A stretch of 63,990 nucleotides of DNA, counting the filler, from Asterionella formosa (taxonomy: Eukaryota), in assembly GCA_002256025.1 (NCBI GenBank). It is 8 parts of 8 records of this genome, joined end to end, with 100 filler letters (N's around TTAATTAATTAA, not from the genome) between each part and the next. Parts side by side here need not be neighbours in the genome. Positions count along the whole stretch, not along the records: positions 56,825 to 63,990 come from NKIB01012509.1; 7 more parts are not named here. The stretch is one strand, 5' to 3'. Made by a program: the position numbers and the translations under genes. Shown here one piece after another: positions 60,801 through 63,990 of this stretch. Numbering within the stretch: position 1 is the stretch's first letter; each line of letters starts with the position of its first letter. The notes below the pieces were generated by a model that searched no databases, was not told the DNA's origin, and was given only the letters and a program-made list of their open reading frames with translations.

Positions 60801-62084
60801 CCCTTTTGATTTTTCCACTGGTTTCGATCCCTTTGGCATTCAAGTCAAGAAACAAGCAACTCATTGAGATTTCTGGAGGCTTTGGTCAGTGGCACCATAC
60901 AGCAAGCAACAATCAACAGATCATGGCGGCTGTTCTCCATTTTCTGCAGCAAGTGACTAAGTGACATTCAAGAAGGGTCTGGGATCATTGGGGAGAAAAA
61001 TTAGTAGGATTCTCTGTGTTTGCCCCCGCCCATTTGGCAGCCATTCTACCATTGCTTCCTCTCAATCAATACTAGTATAGCTAATGAAAACCGTTATTAG
61101 ATGAAATGTGACTTCCGGTTTCTAATATTTTACATTGTTGCACTACTGAAACTTGAATCCATACATGGGCATTCAACTTGTGCTTCTTGCATTTTTGCAG
61201 TATAGAATGACTGGTGGTCAATAGGCCAAAGTATCTGGCTTTTCATGAACATCTACAAAGTAGTGCTTTTGTCGAGGTTTGTGTCTAAATCCAACTGCTG
61301 CCATCCATTGAAACATTCCAGATACATCAAAGAATACGCTCCTGTCTTCAAAGGTAAGGAACTAGTACAATGACAAAGGAAATCTGATGAGACATGAAAA
61401 TTACGAAACCAGAATCACTCTGTTACTATAAATAGACAGTCTCATGCTTTTTTGTGAATATCGCCTGCTATGCTGCGTTTCAATTCTAGATGCATTATGT
61501 TCTTGTTAGAGAGACGATGTTACGGAGAAGTAGATTGTGCTGTTCTATACTAATGGATGCTATTTAGCCAGCATGATTGAGGTTGTAACACTGATTGATG
61601 CTCTGTTGACAGACCGGCCGGAAATATTCGTCTTGTGTGATGAGCCATTTCGTGTTCATTGGATTTCTTTTCAAGCTCTTAAGAACGGATTGCATACGAA
61701 CATGCTGTACAATGCAGATGATGATTCATCGAAGACATATGATGACTTGAACGACAAATGCAGATTTTATCACAAATACTTGTTCTTCTCGACATGACTG
61801 CTATGTTGTTGTTGCAAGAATCAGAGTGAGGACTGGCGAGGATGATGAGCCAAACCACATTAGTACTTTACTGGTACATTATCCTAGCAAGAAATTTAAA
61901 TAAAGGAAGCTAAAAGAAACAATACATATAATAATTAAATTTCCATAGTCAAAAGGGTTGCTTACTATTTAAATTTTGAGGGCATTTATCAAAATTATTA
62001 GATGATGTAACGAAAAATTATGATCAGATGATCATAATCCTATGATGCATCATAGGAATATGATGGCTTTTATTTGCAGACGCA
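57831..62084 (-). mobile_element. Complete ~4.25 kb DNA transposon, copy B, with imperfect ~25-30 bp TIRs, an internally deleted transposase pseudogene (~61795-59900) and a second spliced gene remnant (~59170-58200)
   Basis: Interrupts the Copia gag. Left end CACTACACGTATGTGAATAAAAACTATCAT versus reverse complement of the right end TGCGTCTGCAAATAAAAGCCATCAT. Motifs YFVDVHEKPDTLAY (61221-61307), EQEWID and LTP..AELTDEGIE (~60465-60530). Confidence 0.8.
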
Positions 62085-63990
62085 CCCAAGGATCCACCAA
62101 AGGATTCTACTAGCACAGACGAACGAATCTGGGAGAAAGAAGTGGATGAGTTTGTAAAGAGGTCAACAGACCTCAAAGAAAACATCAAGACACTATACTC
62201 CCTTGTATGGGGGGGGGGGGCAATGCACGGATATAATGCAGCAGAAGCAAGGTTGAGGCCACGGACATATTTGAAACAATCTCGATGGAATGGACTGACT
62301 CTCCTTAAAGTCATCAAGGATGTCAACTATAATTTCCAAAGCCAGAAATACCTACCTCACTCCCTCTACGAATCCAAGCGCAGGTTCTATATGTGTGTCC
62401 AGGGACAAAACATGACAACACAGGTCTACCTAGAACACTTTAAGAACATGCTGGATGTTAGCGATCACAGCGGATGGACCATTGCTGGTGACTCAGGAAT
62501 CGAGACCATGATTCTGAATGAAAAGACAATTAACAAGGTGAACATGAATGATCAACAGCTAACTGAACTCAAGGCAGAGGTACTCGAGCGATTCACAGCG
62601 GTAGCATTCCTAATAGGAGCTGATCGTGTACGCTACGGCCGTCTGGTTGAAAATAGTATGGGAAACGACTTCCTACAAGGACGGAACAACTACCCCAACG
62701 GCACGCGCTACGCAAAGTAGGGTCAGTAGGCGATGGTGTATCCTTTCACAACGTGGATGACGAAGATGGAACGACACTGAACAACAACAGCGAGAATGGT
62801 GCACGGAAAAGGCCAAAAGGCAAGGCGCACATCATGTGCCACCGATGCCAAAAGAAGGGGCACTATGCCATGGAATGTGAGGAGCCTGCACCTGTCCCTA
62901 GGAATTTGACTACTAGTAATCCTCCCGCAGCTGAAACATCAACCCAGTCCGCCACCACACTATTAATGGGGGCTGGCATGCATGAGGATGAATTCGAGGA
63001 AAGTGCCCACTTCCAATTTTTAAATCAAGGAGGAGTGAGTCTAAAGATTGGGCCTGATGGAGGGCTACCACATACATGGATACTATTAGACAACCAATCA
63101 ACAGTTGATGTGTTCCATAATGCGGAACTCTTACGCAGCATCCATATCCACACCAGTAAAATGGATATCCACTGCCTGCAACAGCGTATAATCAGCACCC
63201 AACTCATAGGAGACCTTCATGGACACGGAACAGTACTATGGTACAACCCAAAGGGGATCGCGAACATCCTGTCCCTTGCACGTGTCAAAGAGCATGGATA
63301 CAGGGTAACATTTGATAGCAGCAGCCAGGGCAATGAATTCCATGTTCACAAACCTGACGGAACCTGTAGAGTGTTCAAAGAATCAATGAAAGGCCTATAT
63401 TACATGGATACAAAGGATAGCTCGCTCGTCTGGAGTCACACTTATCAATACGGTAGACGATAACCGTACTAGCTACTACTCCCAACATGACTACTCACAA
63501 GCTGTGCTAGCTCGAAAGATACAGAAGATTATTGGACGTCCTAGTACTCACACATTCATCAAGATTGTCGAGAACAACCTGTTCCCAAACTGCCCAATCA
63601 CATGCGATGACATTATAGCGGCAGAACGAATCTTTGGACCAGATATGGGTTCGCTGAAAGGGAAGACAGTACATCGCAGTTCAGTGCCAGTCAGGACTAG
63701 CTCTACCAACATACCCGCCGGGGTTATCGATAAATACCATAAGGTGACACTTGCAGGTAACATCATGTTTGTCAACAGTATGCCCTTCCTCGTTACCATA
63801 TCAAGACACATCAAATTTAGCACATATGAGCTCCTTGAAAACCAACGGCTACCAACAATAATAAAGGCCATTGACAATGTGCGCAAGCTCTACAAGAAAA
63901 GAGGTTTCCACACCAAAACAATCATCATGGATGGACAATTTGACGGACTGCGGGCCAACTTAGCCGAAATGGGAATGACACTCCACAGTT

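Larger units (their letters stand above)
57209..63990 (+). mobile_element. Decayed Ty1/Copia (diatom CoDi-like) LTR retrotransposon split by a nested DNA transposon; continues beyond the window
   Basis: gag N-terminus KFEQGKCNELKGYVYDCS..QADLF (57518-57830) resumes at ~62085 (PKDPP..IWEKEVDEFVKR). Zinc knuckle CHRCQKKGHYAMEC, protease WILLDNQSTVDVF, pre-integrase GRPS and integrase start IMFVNSMPFLVTISRHIKF. Frameshifted. Confidence 0.9.

Overview
Eukaryotic nuclear scaffold, almost certainly from a diatom. Evidence: short GT-AG introns, a silicanin-1-like gene, a nuclear infA with an ASAF-type bipartite plastid signal, and a diatom CoDi-type Copia element. Contigs are joined by N-gaps, several with an artificial TTAATTAATTAA linker. 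A gene-dense core (~11.4-48.6 kb) holds about 17 genes: an SLC25 carrier, Sec3, Sin1-like, plastid IF-1, aftiphilin-like, a FAM173-like methyltransferase, SF3B1, Fis1, a ZIP transporter, an intron-containing bacterial-type QueA, a stand-alone AAA_26/DRTGG protein, a VHL+PUB protein and several hypotheticals. The flanks (1-10.3 kb, 48.7-64 kb) and an island at 40.6-43.5 kb are rich in decayed transposable elements. These include three copies of a ~4.25 kb DNA transposon (one nested in a Copia gag), three Crypton-like tyrosine-recombinase remnants (one with long inverted termini and a hairpin), an APE-type LINE remnant and a tRNA-derived SINE with a 16-bp TSD. The most notable observations are the intron-containing QueA, the SINE, a repeated micro-exon-like array at 49.4-50.1 kb, and the inverted-repeat-bounded Crypton-like element. 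All family assignments come from motif recognition by eye, with no database search.
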